Origin: Planctomycetota bacterium
Lineage (GTDB): Bacteria > Planctomycetota > GCA-002687715 > DRQF01
NCBI GenBank assembly: GCA_011369445.1
Contig: DRQF01000212.1
Location: 16,099-80,098, forward strand
Direction of reading: 5' to 3'
Length of the DNA stretch: 64,000 bases
This document shows, piece by piece, positions 28,457 through 38,400 of the stretch. The notes under the pieces were generated by a model. The model saw nothing but the letters and a program-made list of their open reading frames with translations, had not been told where the DNA came from and ran no database searches. How positions within the stretch are numbered: position 1 is the first letter of the stretch; each line of letters begins with the position of its first letter. Both the position numbers and the translations under genes were made by a program.

Positions 28457-28545
28457 GCCGAGAAAGAGAAAGGTCAAAACCATGAGAGGTCCTCCAGGGT
28501 GATTGTGGCACCTGAGCCGTCGTCTTCAACCGCGGCGCCGGCCCC

Positions 28546-30822
28546 CTATCGCTTGAGGAGCCCGTCGCCGAATGTGGCGAATCGAGGTTCGTGGCGCAGC
28601 GGACGAGAGCGGATGCGCGGGTCGAACAGGCCCCGGGGGATGATATTGATGGAGAAACCGAAGTTTTCCGTGTTGTCCACGGAGAGTTCGACCTCGAAGA
28701 CCCAGTCCTGGCCCATGCGCCGAAAGCGCAGGCGTTGGTCCTGAATCTCGCCGTCCGCGAAGTCGTAGCCCCCGCGATAGACGATGGCGAGTCGAGGGCT
28801 CAGCTTCCACTCGGCCTGAAAAAAGACGGCGTCGTTGACGTCGACGAATCGCCGGTATCCCACCGCGAGAAAGAGGTCCTGACTGGCGAGCCATCCCAGC
28901 GTCGTGTTGAAGACCTCGAACGTGTCCAACTGGAAGCTATATTCGAAGTCGACCAGCCACGTGAGGCGCGTCCCGGGCCGGAGAACGAAATCCACGTCCA
29001 GGTTGCCGGCGTGGGATCCTCCATTGTCGCGATCCGCCTGGGGGAAATACGTCCATTCCACATCCAGGTCCACGAAGTCCACGACCTGGGCCACCTCATC
29101 GATTCTCCAGACCGTCTGCAGCCGGTTCCTCACCCCGACACGGAGGGTTTCTCGCTGGGTGAATCGGTCGATCCTGTCGAACTGAGGCAGTGCGGAAGGA
29201 GCGACGGAGACCTGGTCGACAGCGATGTACTCGAGTTCCGGAAGAATGACGTGTTGCAGACCGTCCAGGCCGAACAGTCCTCCTTGGACATCCCATGAGC
29301 GATGAATCTGGGTGGTCGCCCGGATGCCGTAAACCGTTCCGATGCGATTGAAGCTGTCGTCGGTGAGGCGCCCTTTGGAGTAGTAGGTGTAGCGGAAGCC
29401 GGCAAACGGTTCGAGTTTCACCGGACCGACGAAGAAGGGAAGACCGATCGTGTTGTCGAGATCGGCCCGGAAGGCATCCTGATCTGCCCGGAGGGAGTCC
29501 GGGTCGAAGCGACGGCGGGCCCGCGAGATTTCCCAGTCCGCATCGAAGTACAGGGCGGAGTCTCCCAGTTCGAAGATGGGCTCGGAAATGAGGTTGTAGC
29601 CGATCTGGGGTTGGTGTTCGACCTGATCCAAGAACTCGTTGATGCGAACGCTCGCGAGCGCCGTGAGCGCACGATTCTCCACTGCTCTTTTGAAGTAGAG
29701 AAGCGTTTCTTGATCCTTGCCCCCTTTGAATTCGTTCTCGTAGTACTCCGGGAGGAATCCTCGGTCGCTGATCGCGCTCAACTCCAGATCGAGCTGGATG
29801 GATTCGGGGAGCTTGTGGCGGTGTCTCCATGTGAAGCGACCCCGGTTCTCCGGGTGAGGCTGACGGACGATCGTGTCTCGGCCGTCATCGTTTTGGTAGA
29901 AGGTCACCAGGCCGCCGCGGTAGTCTTCACCCCGATACTTGAGGTCCAGTCCCACGCCGGGGCCGCGGTCGAAGAGGTACCGATTCCTCAGCGTCCATTC
30001 CCCCCATTTGCGGCCCTCGCTGTCGTCAATATCCGTCCCAACATCCAGGTAGATCGAGGGCCCGAATCGACTCGATCGATCGAAGCCCGCGCCCTTGAGC
30101 CAGCCGACTCCCAGGCTGTCGGCCGTGTTACCGGCGAGGGAGGGCAGTGGAAGTAGGGGGAGCTCACCCAGGTAGACGACGCTGGAGTCCACTTCGTAAC
30201 GGACGTTCCGCACGGTTTCGCCAGGTTCGCCGCCCGGCTTTTGGGCTGGCGGATCGATCTGAATCGCGAGTCTAGATGTTTCGACCCGCCAGCCCGGGTG
30301 GACGAACGGACTCGTCGTGAATCTCAGGTCTTGGAGCTCGAAAAGGCGTCGACTGCGTTGAATGGCCTCGCGAGCCCGCACGACGATGGGAAGGGTCCCG
30401 CTGCGAACTTCGACCTCGAGAGTCTGGGTGACGTCGAGGAGGAGGGCTCTTTCGTGGACGGGATCCACGAAAGCCGCCGAGGCTTCGAGGCTCCGTACGA
30501 TCTCCCCGCCGATGAGAAGAATGTTGCCCTCGGCGTAGATCTCCTTCACGTGAAGTCGACCCTCGGCCTTAGAGTCGTCCTCGTACTCGTCGCCTGTCGA
30601 GTCGGTCCAGATGACGGCGGAGTCACATCGAAGGCTGCCATTTTTCCACCGAAGTTGGACATGCCCCATGGCGATGATGAAACCGCCCTTGATGTCGATA
30701 CGCCAAAAATCCGCCGCGAAGGAGGCGGAGATTCCACGGGGCGATTCCGCAGTGGTGTCCTGCGCCGGAAGCTGTGCGCACAACACGAGACCGATGGCGA
30801 ACGACAGAACGAGGCGGCTCAT
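28546..30822 (-). CDS. LptD/OstA-family outer-membrane LPS-assembly protein (putative)
   Basis: Signal peptide (MSRLVLSFAIGLVLCAQLPAQD). An N-terminal OstA-like beta-jellyroll region is followed by a large, aromatic-rich beta-barrel-like region ending in a terminal aromatic. Its position directly downstream of an LptC/A-like gene supports the call. Confidence 0.6.
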   Translation of the reverse strand: MSRLVLSFAIGLVLCAQLPAQDTTAESPRGISASFAADFWRIDIKGGFIIAMGHVQLRWKNGSLRCDSAVIWTDSTGDEYEDDSKAEGRLHVKEIYAEGNILLIGGEIVRSLEASAAFVDPVHERALLLDVTQTLEVEVRSGTLPIVVRAREAIQRSRRLFELQDLRFTTSPFVHPGWRVETSRLAIQIDPPAQKPGGEPGETVRNVRYEVDSSVVYLGELPLLPLPSLAGNTADSLGVGWLKGAGFDRSSRFGPSIYLDVGTDIDDSEGRKWGEWTLRNRYLFDRGPGVGLDLKYRGEDYRGGLVTFYQNDDGRDTIVRQPHPENRGRFTWRHRHKLPESIQLDLELSAISDRGFLPEYYENEFKGGKDQETLLYFKRAVENRALTALASVRINEFLDQVEHQPQIGYNLISEPIFELGDSALYFDADWEISRARRRFDPDSLRADQDAFRADLDNTIGLPFFVGPVKLEPFAGFRYTYYSKGRLTDDSFNRIGTVYGIRATTQIHRSWDVQGGLFGLDGLQHVILPELEYIAVDQVSVAPSALPQFDRIDRFTQRETLRVGVRNRLQTVWRIDEVAQVVDFVDLDVEWTYFPQADRDNGGSHAGNLDVDFVLRPGTRLTWLVDFEYSFQLDTFEVFNTTLGWLASQDLFLAVGYRRFVDVNDAVFFQAEWKLSPRLAIVYRGGYDFADGEIQDQRLRFRRMGQDWVFEVELSVDNTENFGFSINIIPRGLFDPRIRSRPLRHEPRFATFGDGLLKR

Positions 30823-33641
30823 CGAGTTCCCTTCCTCCGCAGGCCACCCGAGGGTCGCCAGACGTCGATGCGATTCTTGTCCATGTCGTAGACGAGACGG
30901 GGGGCATTCATGGTGTTTCCGCGCAGGCTCATGCGGCAGCGGCGATTCGGCTTCCCCTCCAACCAAATCCTGCGCCTCTCCTCGTTCAATTCCATGGACT
31001 CACCCTCGCCGCGAAGGTCGTTCCACTTGAGTTTCACGCCCTTGTCCGCGATCAGCGAGCCGATGCGGCGCCCGAATCCGCCCACGCCCGCGTCCTCGGC
31101 CTCGAACCGGACGACGGCGCTCCCGCTGTCCACGTGTATGCGCGGCGAGGAACGGGGGCCGCGCTCGATGAGCGTCGGTCCGTCCAGGATCGCGACGGCG
31201 GAGCGCACCGTGATGGGTCCCTTGCAACGGAAGAACAGGGGCTCTCGCTGATTCTTCGAGCCGGGCTTGATCACGTGAATGAGGGCCTCGGTGCCGCCCT
31301 CGAAAACGCTGAATTGCTCATGAACGGTCACGATGTGCGACGTGTAGACATCCGTCACTCCTCCCTCGCCGCCTTCGATGCGACAATGCATCCGCAGGGG
31401 CGCGCCCTCCAGGCGCGCCGTCCGCAACCGTTCATCCCAAACGAGGCTCTCGCCTTCGATGTCCTGATCCTCGCAGTGAATGCGCACGTTCCCCGTGAGA
31501 GCACATTCCTTCAGCAGTGGCCGCTTGTCGACGGGTGTCGATGCGGCGAATGGCGAGACCTTTCCGAAAGAGACCGCGAGCTTGCGGCAATCGACCGTCC
31601 AATCCACGTCACGTGGAGGGGTCTTCAGCTCCCGTTCAGCTTCCCGGATGGCCCGCCGCCGTGAGGCGGACGGCATGAGGCTGGGGAGGCGCAGTTGGGC
31701 GTGTGCAGAAGTTCCCGCGGTCAAAGAGCCTTCCTTTAGGGCGACGTGAATGCTGGGGGACTCAAGGGTCTGCGGCCGTTCGAGTTGGTCGATCCAGTGG
31801 GCCTTGGCGGGGGAGCCCTCTACGAGGAAAACGTCTTCGACTCGCCGCCAGACGAGGGCGTCTCCCCGGAGTGTCGAGCCGCGATCATCGTTGGCGAGAA
31901 ACGTTCTTCGGGCCTCCACCTGCCTCAAATCCCTGGCGCCGTCTTCGTCGGCCTCGGACAGGGTCGCTTCGAGAACGCCGGCCATGATTTGGAACGCCGA
32001 GCGATCGCCGAGAAGCCGGCGGAAGATCGCTTCACCCTCGGCTCGGACCTTCACCGCGACGAAAGGGGAGGCGGGGTAGTCCAGGCGGAGAACGCGCGCG
32101 GCCTCCAAGGTCAATGTCGTTGCGGGATCGCCCTCGGGATCCTTCCAGCGCATCGTGGCTGGACCTTCGAGACGCACGACCTCGGTCTGCAGGAGACCGT
32201 CGGAATTGATGTGCCGTTCGAGTTCGAGACGCGGGCAGTCGAACCGACCCGCCGCGTCGCGGCCTTGGACGGCGCCATCGAGGACGCCGCCCAAAAGTTC
32301 GTAGCGGAAGCGTTCCTTGGGGGGGGCTTCCCTATTGGAGGGCACGGGTCCGAAGGAGAGGGTCATGGAGTCGCCGCCCACGGTCAGTGGGTGTCCCCGT
32401 CGACGCGCGAGGGAAATCGTGACGTCGTCTTCGAGGCTGATCGTGAGGGCGACCGTGAGGGGTGTCGGATCCTTGGCGGGGCCGTGGATGACGAGGGGGC
32501 CGGTGCAGGATGCGGTGAGGCCGGACGGTAGTCGGCCGTCGCCGGTCGCCGAATTCCACGAGACGTGGACGGGGGACCCGGTGAAGTGGATGACGAACGT
32601 CTCGTCGTCCGCGACCTCGACGATGGCCTTGTCTCCCCGAATGATGCCTCCGCGGGCGCTCAGCGCCACATGGCCTTCAACGGCGCCTCGGGTGAGTCGC
32701 GTGCGCCCGTCCGTGTGGGTGGAAAGCGTCGCATCCAGCGAGTCTCCTCTCAGTTCGAACTCCTGGAAGCGGATGCGGACGTCATCCTCCATGTGGAGAA
32801 TTCCGTCGCTCACGCGCAGCCTTCGAAGTAAATCCGAGTCCTCGTTGTGCTCCTTGGGAACAAAGCTCATGAGGCCGGCGGCCGTGACATCGAGCCTCGT
32901 GGGTCCATTCTCGGCGTCTCTCATTTCCAGATGCGGCAACCGCCGGACGAGAAGAGAGCCTTCGTCGCGGCGAACGACGAGCCCCTGACCGCTCATCTCC
33001 AAAGTTTCGCCGTGAGCCTTGAATCCCTGGGGGATCACGAGTGCATTCAACTCGTTCCCGTCGAAGGTCGCTTTCGCCTGCTCGCCTTCCAGACGCAGCG
33101 TGGGAGGAAGGCCCCCTCGACGTCCGATGTCCACGGAAAATCCGCCATTCAGTTCCAGCTCCTGCACGCTGTCGATCCCGTTGCCGCCGAGGATGATGGC
33201 CTTGGGAGCATGGATGACGCTTGTTCCGGGGCCCGCCTTCTCCAGAAGTTGTCGGAGCGCGTCGGGAGATGCGTCGTTGTCCAAGACCAGCAGATTCTTC
33301 AGATCCTCGAGGGTGGTGGGGCGTGGGTTGATCACCGCCAACAGATCCCTTGCGGCGTACCTCAATCCCTCCTCACGTCGCCAGGAGCGGATGTGGTAGT
33401 AGATCCGCGGATAAACCTGGTTTCGGCCGGCGATCTTGGACTCGGCGCGCTCGAGGAAAAACGTATCCTTGCCCGATTCGCCGGCGAGGGGCGCCATGTC
33501 GAGGGGGTTGCTGGATTCCTTCTTCGGTGAGGGGGAGATGGTTTCGATCTCGGGGCCGGGATGGGAGAGGCTCTGGCTGAAGAACCACGCGGCCAACAGA
33601 GCCGGCGAGAGAATGAGGACGATGAGGAGAAATCGACGCAC
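30819..33641 (-). CDS. Giant (940 aa) membrane-anchored periplasmic protein with repeated OstA/LptA-like modules (LptC-LptA-like bridge protein)
   Basis: N-terminal TM anchor (MRRFLLIVLILSPALLAAWFF). Sequence patterns typical of OstA_N beta-jellyrolls recur, for example TGNVRIHCEDQDIEGESLVWDERLRTARLEGAPLRM. It occupies the lptC-lptA slot downstream of kdsD-kdsC. Confidence 0.55.
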   Translation of the reverse strand: MRRFLLIVLILSPALLAAWFFSQSLSHPGPEIETISPSPKKESSNPLDMAPLAGESGKDTFFLERAESKIAGRNQVYPRIYYHIRSWRREEGLRYAARDLLAVINPRPTTLEDLKNLLVLDNDASPDALRQLLEKAGPGTSVIHAPKAIILGGNGIDSVQELELNGGFSVDIGRRGGLPPTLRLEGEQAKATFDGNELNALVIPQGFKAHGETLEMSGQGLVVRRDEGSLLVRRLPHLEMRDAENGPTRLDVTAAGLMSFVPKEHNEDSDLLRRLRVSDGILHMEDDVRIRFQEFELRGDSLDATLSTHTDGRTRLTRGAVEGHVALSARGGIIRGDKAIVEVADDETFVIHFTGSPVHVSWNSATGDGRLPSGLTASCTGPLVIHGPAKDPTPLTVALTISLEDDVTISLARRRGHPLTVGGDSMTLSFGPVPSNREAPPKERFRYELLGGVLDGAVQGRDAAGRFDCPRLELERHINSDGLLQTEVVRLEGPATMRWKDPEGDPATTLTLEAARVLRLDYPASPFVAVKVRAEGEAIFRRLLGDRSAFQIMAGVLEATLSEADEDGARDLRQVEARRTFLANDDRGSTLRGDALVWRRVEDVFLVEGSPAKAHWIDQLERPQTLESPSIHVALKEGSLTAGTSAHAQLRLPSLMPSASRRRAIREAERELKTPPRDVDWTVDCRKLAVSFGKVSPFAASTPVDKRPLLKECALTGNVRIHCEDQDIEGESLVWDERLRTARLEGAPLRMHCRIEGGEGGVTDVYTSHIVTVHEQFSVFEGGTEALIHVIKPGSKNQREPLFFRCKGPITVRSAVAILDGPTLIERGPRSSPRIHVDSGSAVVRFEAEDAGVGGFGRRIGSLIADKGVKLKWNDLRGEGESMELNEERRRIWLEGKPNRRCRMSLRGNTMNAPRLVYDMDKNRIDVWRPSGGLRRKGTR

Positions 33642-34160
33642 TCAGAGAAACCTCTGCACGATGTCGTCCATGCGACCCATCGCAGTCAGAACGCGCTCCA
33701 CCGTCTCACGGACGGCGCCGAACCCTCCTCGTGCACGGGTCACGAAGTCACAGCGATCCCGAATGAGAGCCGGGGCCTCGGGGACGGTCACCGCGACTCC
33801 CGCTCGGGAGAGAAGTGGGAGGTCCATGACGTCGTCGCCCATGTAGAGGACCCGCTCGCGAGGGACGCCGGTTTGCTTCAGAGTGTTCTCGAAGACGGGG
33901 ATCTTGTCCTTGACGCCGACGTGACAGATATCGATGCCCAGTTGGGCCGCTCGCCGCACCGTGGCCGTCGAATCGTGCCCGCTGATCAGACCCACACGAA
34001 GGCCGGCCATCTGAGCCAACTTCAAGCCGGCCCCGTCGCGAACATCGAAGCGTTTCAGAAGGTCGCCGGATTCGCCGATGTAGAGGCCGTTGTCCGTGAG
34101 GATGCCGTCGACGTCGAAGAGCATGAGTTCCAAGGCGGCCAGCCGTTGGTCGAGCGCCAT
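33642..34160 (-). CDS. kdsC: 3-deoxy-D-manno-octulosonate 8-phosphate phosphatase KdsC (HAD family)
   Basis: FDVDGILTDNGLYIG, GHDS and YMGDDVMDLPLL HAD motifs. Confidence 0.85.
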   Translation of the reverse strand: MALDQRLAALELMLFDVDGILTDNGLYIGESGDLLKRFDVRDGAGLKLAQMAGLRVGLISGHDSTATVRRAAQLGIDICHVGVKDKIPVFENTLKQTGVPRERVLYMGDDVMDLPLLSRAGVAVTVPEAPALIRDRCDFVTRARGGFGAVRETVERVLTAMGRMDDIVQRFL

Positions 34161-35206
34161 CAGACAGCGCTCGCATCGATCAGATCTTGGATGTCCAACA
34201 GGCCGACCAAGGTCCCGTCCTGTTCAACGACCGGAAGTTGATCGATCTTGTGTTCCTTGAGGAGATGCAAGGCTTCCGAAACCAGGTGATCCGGTCGGAC
34301 GGACTTGGGCGCGGAGATCATGATGTCGCGAACGGGGCGGCTCAGGAATTCAGCTCCCTGGCCCATGGCTCGCACCAAGTCACCGTCGGTGACGAATCCA
34401 AGGAGTTTCGCGTCCGCGTCGACGATGCACGCGGCTCCCGGCCGCCCCTTGGTGGCATTCATGGCCAGGAGAGTGCCGTGGGTCGACGTGTCCGGTGAAA
34501 CGGTGGTGCATCGGTCGCCGCGCCGCATGATTTCCCTCACCTTCATGAGCTTGCGCCCCAGACTGCCGCCTGGGTGATAGCGAGCGTAGTCCTCGGGCCC
34601 GAAGCCCCGCCGCTTGAGGACCGTCATGGCGAGGGCGTCTCCGAGAGCGATCATGGCCGTCGTCGTCGACGTGGGAGCGAGGCCCATGGGGCAGGCTTCG
34701 CCCGGGTCCCCGATGAACAGGTGAAAATCGGCATAGCGCGCCAGGCGACTTTCGGGTCGGCCCGTCACCGCGATCATGCGGGTGCCGATGGCCTTCACCG
34801 GATCGATCAGGCGGACCATCTCCGCGGTCTCGCCGCTGTTCGAGAGAGCCAGGATCACATCCTCCGGGCGGAGCCTGCCCAGGTCGCCGTGGAGAGCTTC
34901 CGCGGGGTGGAGGAAGAAGCTGGGTGTGCCCGTGCTGGCCAGGGTGGCGCTGATTTTTTCTCCCACGAGCCCCGCCTTCCCCATGCCGGACACAGCGATC
35001 CGCCCCTTGCAGGTCAAGAGGATCTGGACGGCTTGTGTGAACCGCTCGTCCAGGTGGGCAATGACGTTGCGGATGGCGGCGGCTTCCGCTTCGAGGACCT
35101 CGATGGCGTCGTTGACGGCGGAGTCTATATGGCAGGTCACTCTGTGGTCCTCTCTCGAGAGATTCCGTTCATTGGGATTGTACGGGGGCGGGTGGGACGC
35201 TCTCAA
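34160..35206 (-). CDS. kdsD: Arabinose-5-phosphate isomerase KdsD (SIS + tandem CBS)
   Basis: SIS domain (GRIAVSGMGKAGLVGEKISATLASTGTPSFFL) and a C-terminal CBS pair. The N-terminal start is uncertain. Confidence 0.85.
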   Translation of the reverse strand: MRASHPPPYNPNERNLSREDHRVTCHIDSAVNDAIEVLEAEAAAIRNVIAHLDERFTQAVQILLTCKGRIAVSGMGKAGLVGEKISATLASTGTPSFFLHPAEALHGDLGRLRPEDVILALSNSGETAEMVRLIDPVKAIGTRMIAVTGRPESRLARYADFHLFIGDPGEACPMGLAPTSTTTAMIALGDALAMTVLKRRGFGPEDYARYHPGGSLGRKLMKVREIMRRGDRCTTVSPDTSTHGTLLAMNATKGRPGAACIVDADAKLLGFVTDGDLVRAMGQGAEFLSRPVRDIMISAPKSVRPDHLVSEALHLLKEHKIDQLPVVEQDGTLVGLLDIQDLIDASAV

Positions 35207-35265
35207 GCCGAGAGGTCCGGGCTGGGCGCTTTGATCCCCCAGGCGTTGGGCTGTACCCTGCTCGG

Positions 35266-35949
35266 GTGAATGAAACCGAATTCTCCGCGCGGCTGGAGTT
35301 TCTTCCCTGGATTCTGGGGATGCTCATCATCACCTCGTGCGTCCACGAGGCGGGCCACGCATGGACGGCTTGGCGCATGGGCGATCAGAGGCCTTACATC
35401 CGCACCCGATCCAACCCCGCGAGCTGGCGTCACATAAGTCTGATCTTCACGATCATCCTTCCGTCGGCCCTCATGCTCATGGGTGCCCCGCTTCTGGGGG
35501 GAGCGAAGCCAGTGATGGTGAGGACGGCCATCGGACCTCGCCGCATGGCTCTCGTGGCTCTGGCGGGGCCCATGGGCAATATTCTCGTGGGAGTGCTGTC
35601 CATTGGCGTGCTGGCCGGATTGCTCCACGCCCGTATTCTCACGCCGAGTTGGCAGTGGGACCGATATTACGTGTTCGCTCTGTATGCCGTGGCTCTCAAC
35701 TTCATCCTGGCACTGTTGAACCTCCTGCCCCTGCCCCCCTTCGACGGCAGTCGCATCGTGGCCATGTTCCTGCCGGAGAAGATCCGCAACATCTACTACA
35801 GACTCACGATTCCGGTCCTCATCGTATTCGTCGTCCTGATTCTCTTCTCGGATCGTCTTTTCGATGACGCCTTGGGCCGTTTTACCCTGGGGGTCCTCCA
35901 CATCGTTCATGATGCGGTCCTGAGCGTACAGCATTGGATCGAGCTATGA
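35266..35949 (+). CDS. Site-2 protease family zinc metalloprotease (peptidase M50)
   Basis: HEAGHA (HExxH) in a TM helix, plus the LNLLPLPPFDG motif. Confidence 0.8.
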   Translation: MNETEFSARLEFLPWILGMLIITSCVHEAGHAWTAWRMGDQRPYIRTRSNPASWRHISLIFTIILPSALMLMGAPLLGGAKPVMVRTAIGPRRMALVALAGPMGNILVGVLSIGVLAGLLHARILTPSWQWDRYYVFALYAVALNFILALLNLLPLPPFDGSRIVAMFLPEKIRNIYYRLTIPVLIVFVVLILFSDRLFDDALGRFTLGVLHIVHDAVLSVQHWIEL

Positions 35950-36734
35950 CTTCCGCGTCCGAAAAGACCTACAAGGTGAAGTTGGACAGCTTTGCCGGCC
36001 CTCTCGACCTGCTTCTCTACCTCATCCGCAAGGAGGAGGTGGATATCTACGACATCCCCATCGACCGCATCCTCGAGCAATACATGGCGTTTCTGGAAAT
36101 GATTCAGCAAGTCGACCTCGATGAGGCTGGAGACTTTCTGGTCATGGCCTCCACGCTCATGGTGATCAAGTCTCGGATGCTTCTCCCCATCGAGGAAGTC
36201 GACCTCACCGAGGAATTGGATCCTCGGTACGAGTTGGTCCAACAGCTTTTGGATTACAAACGGTTGAAGGCTCGGGGGGCGGCGCTTCGGGACAGGGCGG
36301 AGATCGCTTCGAAGCGCATGGGGCGACCGGAATGCGTTCGTCCGGAGGACCATGTCGAGGAGGACCGAAGTCTGGAGGAGGTCTCGATCTGGGACATCTT
36401 CCGCTTCTTCGAGAAGGTTCAGTCCGAAACGACGATTCGCGTGCGCGCGGATCGAGTCCTTCGGGGGCGGCAGGTGCCAGTGCGAGAGTATGCGTCCCGT
36501 CTCGAGGAACGACTGCGGGCGGGGCCGGTGTTCCTGAGGGATCTCGTCGGCGAGACACGCAGCCGAGATGACTTCATCGGCTACTTTCTAGCCGTTCTCC
36601 TCCTTGTGAAGACCCAGATGGCCTTGGCGGTCCAATCCGGCGAATTCGGTGAGATCCGTCTCATTGGCCGTCGGGCGGTGGGATCCGAAACGGCCGAACA
36701 GGAAGTGGAGCTGGCGGACGACTTTCGGGACTGA
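35934..36734 (+). CDS. scpA: Segregation and condensation protein A
   Basis: FAGPLDLLLYLIRKEEVDIYDIPI N-terminal kleisin motif. About 266 aa. The non-ATG start overlaps the upstream gene. Confidence 0.85.
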   Translation: MDRAMTSASEKTYKVKLDSFAGPLDLLLYLIRKEEVDIYDIPIDRILEQYMAFLEMIQQVDLDEAGDFLVMASTLMVIKSRMLLPIEEVDLTEELDPRYELVQQLLDYKRLKARGAALRDRAEIASKRMGRPECVRPEDHVEEDRSLEEVSIWDIFRFFEKVQSETTIRVRADRVLRGRQVPVREYASRLEERLRAGPVFLRDLVGETRSRDDFIGYFLAVLLLVKTQMALAVQSGEFGEIRLIGRRAVGSETAEQEVELADDFRD

Positions 36735-36769
36735 TGGGAAGAGTTCCTTCTCGCCGCCGTCGAACGAAT

Positions 36770-37315
36770 ATGCTGAAAACCCTCGCCATCATTCTGACCG
36801 GCCTCGCGCTGGCTGCGGGCTGCGTCAATAAATCCGGCGTCACCGCGCGTGAGCGCGAGCGGCAGCAGGTGGGGAAGAACCCCATGCTCCACCTGTATCG
36901 GGTGGAAATCGACCGAGAAGCGGTGCGAAAGGGAGCCCAACTCCTTTTCCGCGGGCCCGTGGCTGGGGAGGAATATGGGGCGTATCGACGGACCCAGGGG
37001 ATCTTCGGCATCTCCGAAAACGGCTTTTGTCGCTGTGAGGTCCGCGTCGCCGAGCTGGTGTTCGGCCTGGGGGGACGGCGGGACGAGCAGCGCTACACGC
37101 TTCTCGATTTCTTCGGACGCATTTCGGCGGACGGAACCCGGGCAACACCCGACGGCACGGCGGCCGCGCCGGGAGCGCTGGAATTGAGGATCGAGAAGCT
37201 GGGGAAAGACGAGGTCAAGGTGCAGCCGTTTTTGAATGGGCGCCCAGGAGCCTACGTCTACTTCTTTCAGAAGCAGGGGTTTTCCAACTCCTGGGTGCCC
37301 TTCCCCTATCGTTGA
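36770..37315 (+). CDS. Hypothetical lipoprotein
   Basis: MLKTLAIILTGLALAAGC signal peptide plus lipobox. No recognisable motif. Confidence 0.45.
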   Translation: MLKTLAIILTGLALAAGCVNKSGVTARERERQQVGKNPMLHLYRVEIDREAVRKGAQLLFRGPVAGEEYGAYRRTQGIFGISENGFCRCEVRVAELVFGLGGRRDEQRYTLLDFFGRISADGTRATPDGTAAAPGALELRIEKLGKDEVKVQPFLNGRPGAYVYFFQKQGFSNSWVPFPYR

Positions 37316-37882
37316 TCAGACTCCCGCGGGAGTCGTTGGCGAGAACGGCCGAGTGTGGGGAGAGTGCTGATTCGTGTCCGATCCCTCCCCTTCGCCGTGC
37401 AAATCGATCGTCTGCGGTTGATCCATGAATTGCTGAAGGCGCGTGATCAGGCGGACCTGCTCTCTTTTGCCCAACGTTGCGATGAAGATCGTGTCGTCAT
37501 CCGCGACGGAGCCCAGCACCTCCGGCCAGCGCGCCTTATCGATGGACAGGCGGACGCTCGGGGCGCTTCCGCAAGTCGTCTTGACGACGAGGACGCTCGG
37601 TCCCGCCGGTTGGAGATCCTTGACGAAGCCCTCCGAATCCTCGCACTCGGCTTCGCCCGCCGCGTGTGCACCGTGAACAGGGAGAACCGCCACGACGTAT
37701 CGGCCGTCGACCTTGGCGATGGAAAGCTCGTGGATGTCTCTCGAGACGCTCGACTGGGTCGCGGTGATGCCCCGCTCCTCGAGCCTCCGAATGAGTTCCA
37801 TCTGATTGTGCACGTCCGAGGACTTCACGATCTCGAGAATCATGTCCTGGCGCATGCGCTTGGTAACGAGTTCAGCTGGCAT
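37316..37882 (-). CDS. argR: Arginine repressor ArgR/AhrC
   Basis: N-terminal winged HTH (QMELIRRLEERGITATQSSVSRDIHEL) and the C-terminal oligomerisation/arginine-binding domain (GDDTIFI). Confidence 0.8.
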   Translation of the reverse strand: MPAELVTKRMRQDMILEIVKSSDVHNQMELIRRLEERGITATQSSVSRDIHELSIAKVDGRYVVAVLPVHGAHAAGEAECEDSEGFVKDLQPAGPSVLVVKTTCGSAPSVRLSIDKARWPEVLGSVADDDTIFIATLGKREQVRLITRLQQFMDQPQTIDLHGEGEGSDTNQHSPHTRPFSPTTPAGV

Positions 37883-38400
37883 GTTCCCCAGTCTCCTGCT
37901 GTGTGTGATCTACGCGGTGTGTTCCTTCCTTGCCCGTTTCCCCAGAGGCGACCGGGCGGGGCGCGAGTGGCGGCCCAGGTCTTTTTTCGACTGCATGCAT
38001 TCCTGGATTGAGACGATCTTGCGAATGATACGGGATATCCGTCAGTGACCGCCCGCATGTTCCGTCGGACCCGTCAGGAAGGGGTTCGAGCGATTCCGCG
38101 CATCGATGGAGGGGCCTGCAAACAACGGGGAGAGCGTTCCCGGGAATGAGCACGAGGAACCTCTTGACTGAAAAGAGGTTGCACGGGTCTCCCACCATTC
38201 TTGGAGGATTCGGCACGCCCCCTGCAATAGGAAAGGCGTCCTCCGAGCTTGAGGGCGATCACGGCATCAGTCTTTGAAACATTACAAAGTCAGGTATGCG
38301 CTCCGATCTCGTTCGTGGTCGCCCTCAAGCTCGGCAGGAATCGCCCAAGGCTGATACACTCTCAGCGTTGCAAACCGTTTTCCCGGGGGGACGACCCTTG

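Noticed and set aside
28591-29298. 235-aa plus-strand ORF inside the lptD-like gene
   Set aside because: It is antisense to a long ORF that has a signal peptide and a beta-barrel-like composition. No motifs.
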